DNA of 64,000 nt from Yuukianura sp. NJ FZ-2021 (lineage: Eukaryota): positions 3,038,001-3,102,000 of the forward strand of contig CM102290.1 in the NCBI GenBank assembly GCA_046563655.1. Direction: 5' to 3'. Below the pieces are notes generated by a model. That model saw only the letters and a list, made by a program, of their open reading frames with translations. It searched no databases and had not been told where the DNA came from. The position numbers and the translations under genes were made by a program. Positions 1 to 13,175 of the stretch are shown in pieces; the first letter of the stretch is position 1; each line of letters opens with the position of its first letter.

Positions 1-229
1 ATCGCCGAAACCAATTACAACGAAATTTGAATCACCCCGAAGCGAATTACAACGAAATTGGAATTTCAACAAAAGTTGAATTACAACTTTTAATTTGACT
101 TTCGTTGTAATTCGACTTTCGCTGTAATTCCCTTCGAGGTAATTCAGCTTTCGTTGTATTTGGTTTCGGTGGAATTTATTCGGAAAAATTCGCTTCGTTG
201 TAATTCATTCGATGAAATGGCGTGCTCCC
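1..229. repeat. Foldback/inverted-repeat element built of short subrepeats, truncated by the window start
   Basis: AATTACAACGAAA-type units in 1-88 are mirrored by TTTCGTTGTAATT-type units in ~91-229. The symmetry centre is near 90. Confidence 0.7.
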
Positions 230-1110
230 ATGTCAGTTGGGTGTAAGGTTACGGGAAGTGGCAAATTTGCAATTTCCAATTTTTGCAAGTCCTGCTTCCT
301 TGCAAAACAAAAAGCAAGATGGGTTTTACAGGTAATAATTTTTGTGTTGAACGATGATGATGAAGCGTCTTTTACCTCTTCCTCTCTCCATTTGTTTCAA
401 ATGGCAGGATGTGACAAAACAATCAACTTCCGTTCTATTTCTAATTACTAATTCACAATTAAAGGAAATTTGATTGTTTGAATGTTTCCTCTAGGTCAAT
501 TTCCACTAATATTCATAATACGTAATATTTAATACCTTAGTATTTATAATAATCTGGAATCTAAAAAGTTATGGAAATCTAAGGTTATTGAATCTCCGTA
601 ACTTTCAATTCCTGCGTCAGTTTTCACTTTCACTCACTTCCGTTCACATAAAGTTTATGACAGCCACGTTTGTAGGGTAACTTTCGTTGTTAACTTTGAT
701 TAGCATTGATGTGTAATTTAGATTAGCTGATACATAAGTTTTAATTAAGTTAAATTTAAATGTCTGGGAAATTTGAAATCAAACATGAACTAAGGCGTTT
801 GTTATTAGGTTTATGTTAGAACAACTTTAAGATTGGTATGCACTCTAGAACAGAGAGGACCAAGCACCAAAATGTACTTCAACTTTAGTGAACTAGGTGG
901 CGGGAAAGAGGTAGGAATTTGCAAAAAAAAATTGCAACGTTGTTACATGCCAATTTGCGAAAAAGCTTGCAGAAATGTTTTACAAGAGTTTACAATTCGC
1001 AAAGAAACATCGTCGCATCAATTTTGAGATCCGAGCATTGCACACGTCTACGGCAGAATTCGCACAAAGGAAAAAAAAATTTTGACAGATTATAATTTTT
1101 GAGTTGTTAC

Positions 1111-1290
1111 CTTGGGATTCTTATATTTTTCGCGACAAATTGCACAACTAAGTGGATGTCTCGTGATGTCCGTAATGATGAGGGACTGTGACTCGGCTTC
1201 AGGATTGTGCAAACTCCCGCCATTTTCAGAACTACTCAGACTCTGACTTCCGTTTTTTTGAATTCGCAGTGGACTCCCGCCAGCAGACAT
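1111..1290 (-). CDS. First coding exon of a TRIM2/TRIM3-like RING finger protein; the rest lies outside the window
   Basis: The translation ends ...HPLSCAICREKYKNPK followed by the donor AAG|GTAACA. This matches the start of TRIM-family RING domains (C-x2-C...YKNPK|VLPCxH). Confidence 0.75.
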
Positions 1291-4200
1291 TTTGCTTCCC
1301 CTGCGTTCCTCTCCACCGCCACGAGAGGATTGCTACCAAATCAACAGACAAAGTTTTAGCAACGAGGAGAAATACTTTTTCGTTTTTAGCGATGGAGAAT
1401 GTGTTCTGGCCAAAGTTTGCAAATTTTTTGCATCATGCCGATGGAGCATTATGCTCTTGTTTTTCATACCCGGTGGAAATTAATTTGCAATAAGACTATT
1501 AACTAGGGAGGCAATTACAAGGGGATCCGCCCAGTGTAATGCCTTTAATAAAAACCAGTTTAGATTTGGATCTCGTCCGTGAGAGGTTCTTATGAACCAC
1601 AAAAACCATTAGCCAAATGAAGATGAAACAAGTTTATAACTACTGGTGTACTGCGTTAATTCCAACTTTAAAAACATAACACGTAAAGGAACTGCAATTC
1701 TGAAAAACAGTTCAAAAAATTAGGTTTACATGTTAGGAAAAGTTTTTTTGTGTAATATCTTATGTAATACCATATTATATCGCTTCACTTCGCAGTAGCT
1801 ACAGAAATTGACACGGCGAAGACTCGGTGTTTTCTTCATTTTTGAGTTTTTAAAATGAAATTTCGAAAAGTAAAAAAACACTTTTAAACTGCACCAAACT
1901 TTCTCCTCTGTTAACTTTTCACAATTTTTGGCCAACTTTTCAAAATATGTTTCAGTGAACGTTTAAGTTTGTTTAGAGTGAAGATTTGTTTTATCCGAAG
2001 TCGATTTCCAAAATTTTGCCCAAAAAGTCCAGTTTTTGCTTAACTTCCTGTCCAAAGTAAAACTACGTTTTAAAAATTACATTTTGGAAAAAAAAGTCAC
2101 ATTTTGTAGTTACAGAAACTAAAACAATTGAGTCCTGCTCTCCAGGAGTCCAAGAACTGATTGTAAATGTTGATTGAATTGAACTGAAGTAAGTTCTGTG
2201 TCAACTGTCAACTCTAAAGTGATAAAAACTGAATTGGGTAATATAAATGACAATCAAAATATTACAATCGGAAAATGGGAACAGACGGTGTGATTCTATT
2301 ATGCGACACAACAGTTGGTGAATTTTGGTTTTTGGAAACTACTATATTTTTGTTTAGCGGTGATGTTTGAAGTAGAGTTTGGACGTTGGAAATTTAATAC
2401 AGAGAGAATTAAACCGATAACTGAAACCCTGAGGATGCATTTTCCAAAGTCGATTAATCCACTGATTGTGTCCAACCTTCAATTGATACAAAATTTATAA
2501 AAACCTGCTGCTCCAAACACTACAGTCAATTTATTGAACGTTAATCTTCACTGGCATGTTCATTGCAACAATTTTTCGCAAACCTTTTCTACAACTTTGT
2601 CTGTTTTCTAAAATTTTGTGTTTAAAGTATGAACTTGTTTAGAAATTATCTATGCTTAGGAACAAAAGTTTGGCAAAGTTGCCAAAAATCCGTGTAACGT
2701 GAAAGCGTCTGCTAAGGAGCAAATTTAGCGTGGTTCCTTGAGACATTCGACTCGTAACAAATTTCGCCAACTTGTAGTCTGGTCGTGCATGGTTAGTGTG
2801 AAGGTCAAATTGCTACAATTGAAAACAGAAGACAGAAATTTGAGTAGTTTCAAAAATAGACATGATTCTTCCTTCTGGATCGAATCACACAAAAACACTT
2901 CAAAGTAACTTCTGTTTCTTTTTTGACCAATTTTCAATTTTTTATGGTCATTAGTTTCAGTTGCAGAAAAGGAGCTTTCAAATTACCAAAAATTGGCTTC
3001 CCAATTTTCAATGTTATCTCTTCTCAATTTCGCAGAAAGACAAATTTTCAATGTTATCTTTTCGCAATTTTGCAAAAAGAAACGCAGAACACGTAACAAA
3101 ACCAAAAATTAGGAAAAGTTTTGACCAAGGAAAAATTGTAAAATATTTACCTAAACCATAAAAACTTTGTGGTCTAGACTAGTGTAACTTAATAAAAATT
3201 AGTGTATAAAATTACATTAGTTAATTAAATTACAATTAATTTACGAAGTTGAGTCATAAGTGCTTAAAAAGGAACAAGGAAATGCATGATTGAAAAAATT
3301 TGCTAACAGTCAGTAATTCCTTTTGCGTAATAAAGTTAGCACGCCACTTAATAACAGAACTCGTGTTAAAGTGAGTCCAGTTTAGTTTAAAACGAGGTCA
3401 TTTAAGTTTAACTGTTAGTTTTATTGCCTATAACTGTTAGGTGTTGTCCCACAGTATCCTCCAATGGTAATTAGCAAATGTGGTTTTAGTCAATTAACAT
3501 TGCAATTTCAATTATACTTCGCATCAACTTTCCTCCAAAATTTAGTATTTCCTAGTCATACTAACCAACCCATTTCCGAAATGACCTTGTGACCTCTTCG
3601 AATTGAGTAATTTGACCTCTCCCGCTCCAAGGCAAGTGACAACAATAAAGTACATGAGGACTCCGTTCAAAATTGAATGGCAACTTGTGATCTGTTAAAT
3701 TGGACAGGATCACAATGAAAATAGATCATATACTGTGTTCACTTAATTTGAGTGCCTATTATCCTGACTCATGGACTGCTCTTTAGTAACATTGAACAAT
3801 GGACATTGAGCAATTGTTGTGCTGGAGAGACTAGAAGCACAGTTCCGGCCAATTGTTTGACTCAACTCTCGACGTTCAAACAGAACAACATTTGACCTCT
3901 GACCTCATGAAGAAACACACATTGAATTGAATTGAAATGTAGAAACTGAAAACAAAGCAATTTTTGACTCATAGTTAAGGCAAATAAATCATCTCCACAC
4001 GTTTTTCCTATTGTCTATAAATTTAGATTGTATGGGCACTCGAATTATAAAAACAAACAAAAGTCATGACTAAGCAAATTATACAAATTGTTCAAAAATC
4101 ATGTCTCAAATGAAGCTAACTTTTCCAATTGTTAATAATTTTGTACATCAAATGCAAAACAGTTCAAAATTTCTAAAATGTAAGTATATTCAAACTTTTT

Positions 4201-5495
4201 TTTTAAGTTTTCACACCACGGCTTCATACAAGTATCGGCCGCTGACACCGAGATTATGAACGGAAACAGGAAATTGGTAGTCAACAAAGGAAGGGTGAGG
4301 AACTTAACAAAGGAGGTGCTCAAAAACAGCATTTGTTTACTTTTGAACAAAACAAAATCGTTTTTAAAAAACTTGAAGTTTAAACTTTCCATTTCAACAC
4401 CTCAGAATCGGAGTAGAGTAGGAGAATATTAAAAATTCTTGTAAAAAAATCTAAATTACTAAAAATATTAAATTTTGTCCAAAAATTCAAAATAGTAAAA
4501 TAGTAAATTTTGATGTTGCAATTGACAGTTTGAGGCTTATTTGAATATAATTTATGAGTTTAAAGATGTTTTTGTACCTAGGGATACTATGATAGGTGAT
4601 GATAATGGACTGAGTATCAGAGTAATTACTCTTATCACATGTCCACTTAAGAAACGAATCATCATCATCATCTCCGAATTTGGGCAACACCATATTAACT
4701 TAAGTAAGGAAACTACATATCTTAACGTCTACTGGCACGCGACGACAAGATTTCACTGAAACCATGTCAAGTGCCTCTACCATCTTCCTTGACGCCAAAA
4801 TTTTGACCTGACTTAACCATTTTCGAAATGTCACAATTTTGAAGAAAAACTTCCGCGGTCAAAAATGAAAATGGTCAACGTTTAGCCAAAATTATGTCAA
4901 TTTTCTTTGTACTCTTCCCTGATCCTGAGCCATGAATCCAAACCTTAGCCTAATTTTTTTTTTAAAAATTCCGAAATTTTGAAAGACTTACGCGTTCAAA
5001 GTAAATGGCCAACATTTCCGGAAAAGATTTATGTCAGCACTGGGTTGACCAGCAACAGAACTGACGCAATAAGTTACTGACGCCACGACAACTCAAAACT
5101 TTGGAAACTGCTGAGATGATCACTTTGGAAAATTTTTTGGCAAAATAGTTGCAGCTCCACTGCCAAATGCCAATAAAAATTTTGGCCAAAAAGTGTTGTT
5201 GTGGTGGTGCTGGGCCTTACACTGTCACGTCAGTGCTCAGTGAAGCCTAGTAACGTGTTTGTTTATACAACTGGAACTCTATCAAAATGTGTGCATGTGA
5301 GGAACACCAGAACTTTTGGAAACTGAGGCTTAAGCGGGTGCCAATTATTACCACTGTGACCTTACCCCTCTGGTCGACTTTTGGCAAAAGTTATAACGCA
5401 ATTTTTAAAACTACATCTTTAAAACCTCAAAATCTGTGATAAGTGAAACCCAATGCTTGAAGAGTATCTCGAAGACAGAAAACGACCTCAATCAC

Positions 5496-6015
5496 TGTGG
5501 GGAAGGAAGACGCTGTGTGACTAGGCCAGTCACACGGAGGAAGCAAAGTCTGGTTGTTAGCCTCTTGTGGGCTAGGAGGTAACCATGGTGCAGTGGTCAA
5601 CACTGCCAACCTTACTTTTGCTTCCTCACATGTGGGGTGCTCAGACGTGTTTCGATTCCCCCGTGGCCCAAGAAAATTTTTCTTGTCATACCCTACCTGA
5701 GCCGTGTTGAGCTTTGTCTGCTGGACAGCAGAATAGTTAAGAGATCCTAAGCTCCTATGATCCGATCCCCCGACCTTATCAGATTGGTCCCGTGTAGTGA
5801 TAAGGTGCTCTGTCTGTCCAGTGTGATAGTGCGATCTCGAAGGTTGAGACCTGGGGACCAGGTCTTAATGTGGAGGGGCATGTGGGGAAGGAAGACGCTG
5901 TGTGACTAGGCCAGTCACACGGAGGAAGCAAAGTCTGGTTGTTAGCCTCTTGTGGGCTAGGAGGTAACCATGGTGCAGTGGTCAACACTGCCAACCTTAC
6001 TTTTGCTTCCTCACA
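5496..6015 (+). mobile_element. Terminal-repeat retrotransposon in miniature (non-autonomous LTR element)
   Basis: Two 135-bp direct repeats (5496-5630, 5881-6015) look identical by eye. Each has TG...CA ends and near-perfect terminal IRs (TGTGGGGAAG/CTTCCTCACA). A purine tract GGAGGGG lies just before the 3' LTR, there is a 4-bp TSD (TCAC), and the 250-bp interior is non-coding. Confidence 0.9.
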
Positions 6016-9000
6016 TCACTTGTCACTCTCACTTTGATCTGTTGACACAATACTGAAAAGAGAGTCAAAGATCACTTGGGAGCAGCAGAAGATGAGCTCA
6101 GACAGCTTGGGACCAAATCTCATCCTAATTACCTACTGTACCATGATCATCTTTAGGGTTAGGGTTTTGGGGTTAGGGATTTCCTTGCACCTAAACTAAC
6201 CAGTTGGTACCTAAACCTAGTGCAAAAACAGTCACAAACGCCCCCTCATTCTTCAAAACAATCATCAAACTACTCAATGACTGTCAAAAAGTGTCAAAAA
6301 GCTGTTCAGAATTGTTGTACTTTTGAAATTTTCAAACTTCGCTTATTTTGTACCGCGTTGGACTAAAGGCCGATTGAAGTTTTTGAATTTTTTCTAGAAA
6401 AGAATACTGAAAATTCCTCAGTTTTCCATATAAGCTTTGAGGCGTCGGTTTTTAAAATCTCTCAGAATTTTAAAAATTGAGCAAAAAGCATCTAAAAATT
6501 GACATTTTTTTTAGAATTGAAACAAAATAAAGATAAACGTAAAATTTTTGGTTTTTGATTCTGCAATAGGCGAAGGGATAGCAACCAAGGGCACACCAGA
6601 ATTTCACAACCCCTTTAATTAGCTAGCGAATTACTCAAGTAGAAGTTAAATATTTGAAAACTTTTAGTGTTGTATTTGGAGACACACTTTGTGATTGGTT
6701 GAAACGCCATAAGACGCGTTGATGACAATCACACTCAACGGAAAGAACAAAACTAAAATCCAAATCCAAATTCACCAGTTTTGTAAACCCGTTGGAAGGT
6801 TTTTTTTTGCACAACCAACAAAGTTTTTGCAATTTTGCTAATAAAGGCTAGTTGTTCTTACAACTAAATAAAATGACGTTACTTTTCCCTTTTATGGTTT
6901 TGAAATTTACTTTCATTCCTAAAATGTTGTCATTTTTTCTGGAACATCAAAAAAACATTGTCGACTGGAAAACAAGTCGTGAATTGTCAATCAATCAAGA
7001 AAAATAAGGAATGGAAATTCAATGATAACAATTAAGGAACCATATTCCGCTGCTGGCCATTGCTACAACTAAAAAAAAATTAAGTGAATAATGGTGTGGT
7101 ATTGTGAAAGCGTCAAAGAAACTGCTTGTGTCGTTACGACTTAAAAAGTAAAGAATGATAAATGATTTCTAGATTCTACGCCGTGTTGTCCATGCAAAAA
7201 TTTTTGCGAAAAAAAAATTGATAAAAGTTCCTGGCCAAAGTGGACGCATGGACACAATCGAAAGTTCTTGTTCTGGTTTTTGGATCCTTGAACTTTTGAC
7301 GCAACGTTTTAAAGATGACATGACACATTAATCAGCGTTGGTTTTTACACATGATTTCAAAGGTATCAAAACTTTTTTATTTGCTTTGCAGTTAATAATC
7401 TGATCAGCAAAACCTAAGCTTTTAACTTTTTTTCTCATTTTTTTGGAGTTTGCAGAAAACTCTTTGCAATTCTGGTGGACCAACTCGAAGGACCGACCAT
7501 ACACAAAACAAGAACAAAAATTTGCGATTTTGCGCGTTCAAAAAAAAGCGAATGCGTGTTGGAATAAATTAATTGAAAAAGTTGATAGTTGTAGTTCATT
7601 ATGAAATGTACAATTAAAGAGGAAGAAAAAAGTAATGTAAAAGCCAGCAGAGTGTAAGTTCAAGGTGTTCTTGTTATTTAATTCAACTGAAAATCGATGG
7701 GTTGGACACATGGGATGGGTTCTTCTGCTAAATATGCATATTAAATTGAAATGAAAATTTTTCACTTCTTTTTTTCAAAAATCAAGAAACAGGGTTACAC
7801 GGTTCTTTCGAGAATGGTACCCAACAACTTGAAATTAAAAACATGAAATTAAAAAGCTAAAAGTTGTCTACATTAATTAAAATTCGGAGTTTCAAGTTTT
7901 AATTTTAAAACAAAATTTGAAATTTCAAATCTTAAATACCGTTTTTAGCTTTTCTGCTTTAGGCAAACCCAGGCTGAAGTGAAATGGAAAATAGGCGAAC
8001 TCTGCCTGAGAAGGGAAAACCTCTTTTGCAAAAAAGCGAACCTGAAAGTTTTCCATTCGCCAAAATCTGTTTCCTCCAGCGAAAAATTTGCAAATTGCTT
8101 TTAATAATTTGAAATGTTAGGCACCTTAGTTTCGCTTTGTTTCCAAATTCTATGTTAAACTTCACGGTCCGCCTATGGGTGTCAATTATGCTTATTCTCA
8201 GAGGCGGGTCATCGAGATCTGCAGATTTTCGTTCTTTTCTTTGCAGGTCATTTTGTTGTGGCTAATTTAAAAATATGAAACCAAAATGAAGGACTTAACC
8301 TAGTCATTACTGTTCCACCAAAATCAGAAAGCCAGTTACTATGCCTGTGATCTCACAATCTCAGATAAATTCACAAAATGAACTTAAACACTATAGTCAA
8401 GTGCGAATTATGTCACCAACAAAACAACCCTCCTCATCAAATAGCATAACTTGGTACACGTTAAATCGAAACAAGAGAGCGAAAAAGCGACGCTTGGGCT
8501 CCGTAATTTACAAAAACGCATTTGTCAAATTCAATAAAACAAGTAACATAACCCAAAAAACGACACTTTTATTCCAACTTCCCAGTTTTCAAAAACATTA
8601 ACAGAGTTGCTCGTGTTAACCCAAAAATCATGTCCTTTGGTCGTCACAAAAAAATCGAAGTGGAACAAAACCTCTTTGATTCGCACACAATTCGCAAATG
8701 ATCAATGTCATTAGTTACATTGAAATCCTATAATTTGCAACTCACCATACAAAAAATTGCTCCCTCCAGAAACAATTAAAGTTAAATGGTATATCCTCTG
8801 GCTATCTTTCATAAATTATTTCTACTTCAATTGGACAAATTATCATTTGGCAAGAAACGAAAAACAAGGTGTGTTCTCAGACTTACTCAAAATGTCAATT
8901 GAGAAACAATGAGACAAGGAAAAAGATCTGCGCGATACATTCTTTCTTCGACAACCTTGAAAGAATCAACAGATTCACAAAATTAAACAATTGTTCTGTT

Positions 9001-11004
9001 ACTCAACATCCAGGAACTGATCAAATCAATTCATAGTCTGCACAATACACAAAAAATTGAAAAAAAAAATTACCTTTGACTAAAATTTGAAAAAACGAGT
9101 CTGACCTTATCCATTACCGAGGTTTGGTTTGTTATCCAAACAAGAAATCCGTCTTTCACGTTCTGCTTTCCATTTGAACTAAACTTTTTCTCGGAAGAAG
9201 GAACATTCACACTGTGTATATTTTTCAATTTTAGAACCTTTGGCGTCTGTTGCTCTCATCCAGAAACTTGTTTAACTTGTTTAAATTATTGTTTGGAATT
9301 GGTTTAAAAATAGAGACAGAGAGCAGCGTCCTTTTAGAACCCAAAAAATGACAGCAGACCAGCCGAAGTTTAGTCACGCAGAAGCACTTGAACAATCCAA
9401 ATTCAAATCAGCATAGATTGTTGCCGTAAAAATGGACTTTCTGGAGTGAATCCTTGTGCTTACAGACTATAACTTGGGAACTGTTGGGCAAAAGACAGGT
9501 ACGAAAATGAGATGTATGGAGAGCAAAGGATTTGCACAAAATGAATGATGTGGAGGACAATGAACTCTCCGTGGTTCCTCTGGTAGTTTTTGTGGCCTAA
9601 AACTTGGTTGTACTTGGCTTCTATGGTACTTTTACAATAAAGTCAGACAGACAGTACTAGTACAAAACATTACATTTGAAAAGTACAAGAATCAGGTAGG
9701 AACTTTTAAAAAAAAAGGAATAGAAAAGCAGGAGAAATTTCGAGGAAATGGCGTGAAATTGTAATTATGACACTCAAGAAAAAACGAGAAAAAAAGAGAT
9801 GAGGTACGTTATAAATCTTAAGATAGAAAACCAACCAGGAGGTAAATCTGTGAGTATGAAGCGTGAGAAAAAATCACAAAAAAAAGTTTAGCAAAAACGA
9901 TTCTTGTAAATAAAAAAAAAAAACAATTTTCTAATGCCTTCAACTGAAATTCTTTTAGCGGAACAAATACTTTTACGAGCTTCAAAGAAGTTTTCGCTTT
10001 GTGCGATGACTTGTTAATTGAATACAGAAAAATACTTTGAGTGATTAGTCTTGCCATTGCCAGTATCAATTCTTTTCAAAAATTCAACACCAGGTTTTCG
10101 AAATTTCGAAAATCAAAATTCGAATTGAAAAAAAGTATGATTTGTAATTGCTGCTGCAAGGGAGATGCATTTTGTTGGAGAAAGTATGACTCATCTCCAA
10201 CATCTCTCACCTCGATCTCTGTGACCTTCATGAATCACACTTGTTTGGCCCAGTTCAAAGTAATTCAAACCGCTAATTACCTTAATTAATTACAATTACT
10301 TTTCGAATTACTCGAAATACTAATACTTTGAAACAGTTTGTAAACTTACCAAATTCAAGACAGCATTTCCAGACTTTTACTTTGATTTGGACGAATTTTG
10401 TTCCACTTGACCTCTAACTTTCAATTCCATTTGAATGAGCATTTAACTAGGTTTGAAATTCCTATTAAAAAAAGTAATTGAGCACTTAAATAAGGTATGT
10501 AATTGAACGGACTTGCTTTTTTTAAATTCAGTCAATTTAAAATTGAAATTTAGAACTAGACAGATGTGTAGAAGAATTTTAGAAAAGTGAGAGTTTTGTG
10601 GTTTCTGAATAAAAAGAAGACAACTTTCTCTTTCGCTTTCTCCGACTTCTGCAACTTGAAGATCAATTTAGCAACGCATGCGCTAAACTTTCTCTTTCTT
10701 AAACACCCGCGTTGCAGAAAGTTCATCATTTCATGAAAACTCGCAAAAAATACACAAAAAAATCGAAAATTGTTGTCAAATTATTGTCCGTTTCATTCGT
10801 TTACTAAATTTGTGCATGATGGATATGGAGATTACAAGTTCACTAGTGTCGGCGTTTCGACGAGATTCGGATTGTAGATATTGTAAATGTAAAGCACTTG
10901 ATTAACAAATAGGAGCACCGTGTGTAGTAAACTAAAGCTAGCTAGCGGTTTTAAAATTTTGAAATATTACAAAAAAAAATAGTAAGGGGCCCTGCGCAAA
11001 CAAT

Positions 11005-13175
11005 TCAGGGGTTCTTCGGATCCTTCTTCGGTGAGGTTTTGGTCTCTTGAGCTTTATCGTACGCAGAGACTGCAATTGCTTTTCCGGTGTCCTTAGCAAC
11101 CCGCTTGGCTAATGCCCTTGGAGCCAAGCCCTTGACATTGTAGCCAGTCACTACTGAATTCCCGATTGTGGTAGTCGTGTCTTCGCAAAAGGCGCCAGCA
11201 TCCGACCCGTATCTGAAAAAACATTCATCTTAATTAACACCACAAAACAGGAAAAGGACGAATAGCACAAAAACAAATTATGGTTTTGGAAATAAATCGA
11301 AACATTTGAATTTTCAAAAAAAGTATTAAAATTTTATTTCTAAGCATGCAGGTTTCGGGGTTAGTTGTCATTATTTTTGGAAACGGAAGGGTACCTGTGA
11401 TGCACCACTGTGACTGTATTGTCGCGAATACTTTTGGCTAATACTGTAGCAGCATGTTCAAGTCCAATGAAGACTGTGCCAAAACCCACTACGGCTCCAC
11501 CGGTCACCTCAAGAACTTGATCCAGTTTTCCACTGGCTTCGGCCTCGTTCGTATTCATAGTCTTTGCATAGAGTTGCGTAGCTGTTCGGTGCACATAGGG
11601 TGCAACATGCTGCCCCAGCTTCACCGTGCCTTTGCTCAATTGATTGACAACGTAGGCGCTGACTTTAACGGCCTTCCCAGTAACGTGTCTGGCTGTTCGC
11701 ATGCCTGATCGTACTTCGGGACGAATATTGGGCTTCTCCTGAACAGGCTCGATCTTTGTGACCAAATATGCTGCGCCTTTCTCCACATACTCCGATGTCT
11801 TTTCAGCACCGTAGATGATTCCATGGGCTAGTTTGTCAGCACCTACAACATTCAACGAATTAAAGCCTGTCGTTTTATGATACTGAGAACTAGAAGCAAC
11901 TAAGTAGTGCACAAAACCAGAAAAATTGTTAAAGAAAAAGAGAAAAAAGCAGCAGAAACTCAAACCTGATATCAAACCTGCAGCTATTCTAGAGCCGATT
12001 GTTTCTGTTGGAGTCGTGACATGAGCGGGCTGAGGAGGTTTTGGCTCGACGACGTGAGGGATTGCTTCAGCGGCTGCAGGAATGTGAAATGCTGCTTGTC
12101 CAATCAGTTGCAACAGCAGATCCTCCAGTGCTTTCCGTTGTTCAACGTCAAGACTTTGGGGCAAAATGAGACCAACACTGCCACCTAAGTAAAAGTAGTG
12201 ATTAATGATTCACTTTAAGTTTGGGAATTGTAAGTTTAGTGTAGAGCGGTCAAAGAGTTACCAGAGGCATCCAAATCCGGAAAAATATACGAACCGTCTG
12301 CCGTTTCGAAAATTGGAGACTGTCCAGGCCATAGCGGGTAGTGCCAATCCCCAATTTGTATGAACGCTGGGGGTTGTTGTGAAGTAGTAGCTGCGGCTGC
12401 AACTTGTGGCTGCTCTGTAAACAATACATGAAAAACAGTATAATACACAACAATAATTACAAAATGCTGGAGTGCTTGCACCTTGATTAATAACAACAAC
12501 TCGCAGAAATGACGGATAACTTGGAGCTGAGACCGTGTCATCCTTGCTGATGAAGTAAATCTGAACGTTTTCTTGAATCGTAAATACCTCTTGGGCATTT
12601 AGCGGAAGGGGGTTTCGGCAGGCACTTTCTTCTCCAGCGATTTCATCAAGACTTGCGTTTAGCATTGCATATGCACCGCTTGCCAATACTGATGTGGAAT
12701 GAGATTCACTCATAGATGACCCTGGAGACTGTGACTCAGCGTATGACGGTGGTTGCCGAATACTCCCATTCAATTCACCACCATAAGCAGGAACACCGGA
12801 TGGTCCTTGCAAGTATTCCGATGTTGAAGACGGGCGCTGCTGAAGAGATATGTCGCTTGCTCGTTCCAGAATTTCCTTTCTTGACATTCGCATTTTATAC
12901 AGCAGGTCATCAACTTTTTCAACTTTGTCTTCTGGAAAGCCGCCTGTATGAGCAAGGTCAACTGCCTTGTCGATTATTAGCAATGCTTCTTGGTAACCGT
13001 TGAATGCTTGATCTAGTTTCCCAGTTTCATCGAGCTTGATGGCAGCATTAGTTAATTCGTAAGCTTTGTTGTGAAGTTCCATGAACTTCTTTACTTTCTC
13101 GTCTTCAGGGGTGACCGCGACATTTCCTGGCTGAGTTCTTGGTCGCGGCACTGGTGGCCTTTCGGGACGTTCCAT
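11005..13175 (-). CDS. SPART: Spartin (SPG20): MIT domain, PPxY motif, C-terminal senescence domain
   Basis: Five coding exons: 13175-12482, 12414-12262, 12184-11966, 11842-11395, 11212-11005. Motifs seen: MIT-like helices (AYELTNAAIKLDE), PPSY, VQIYFIS..VSAPSYP, FIQIGDWHYPL, and the senescence domain (GAVVGFGTVFIGLE; VVHHRYG). Confidence 0.93.

Noticed and set aside
1..229. CRISPR-like array
   Set aside because: Eukaryotic context, degenerate mirrored units, no unique spacers and no cas genes.
5631..5880. Hammerhead ribozyme (retrozyme) in the miniature LTR element
   Set aside because: No CTGANGA...GAAA core with proper stems was seen on either strand; only CTGATAA is present.
6152..6178. 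TTAGGG-like repeats suggesting interstitial telomere sequence
   Set aside because: Only about three imperfect units. Similar GGTTAGG words occur elsewhere in the window.
1300..10900. Numerous 60-100 aa ORFs
   Set aside because: F/K/L/N-rich translations typical of AT-rich non-coding DNA, many with non-ATG starts, and no recognisable domains.
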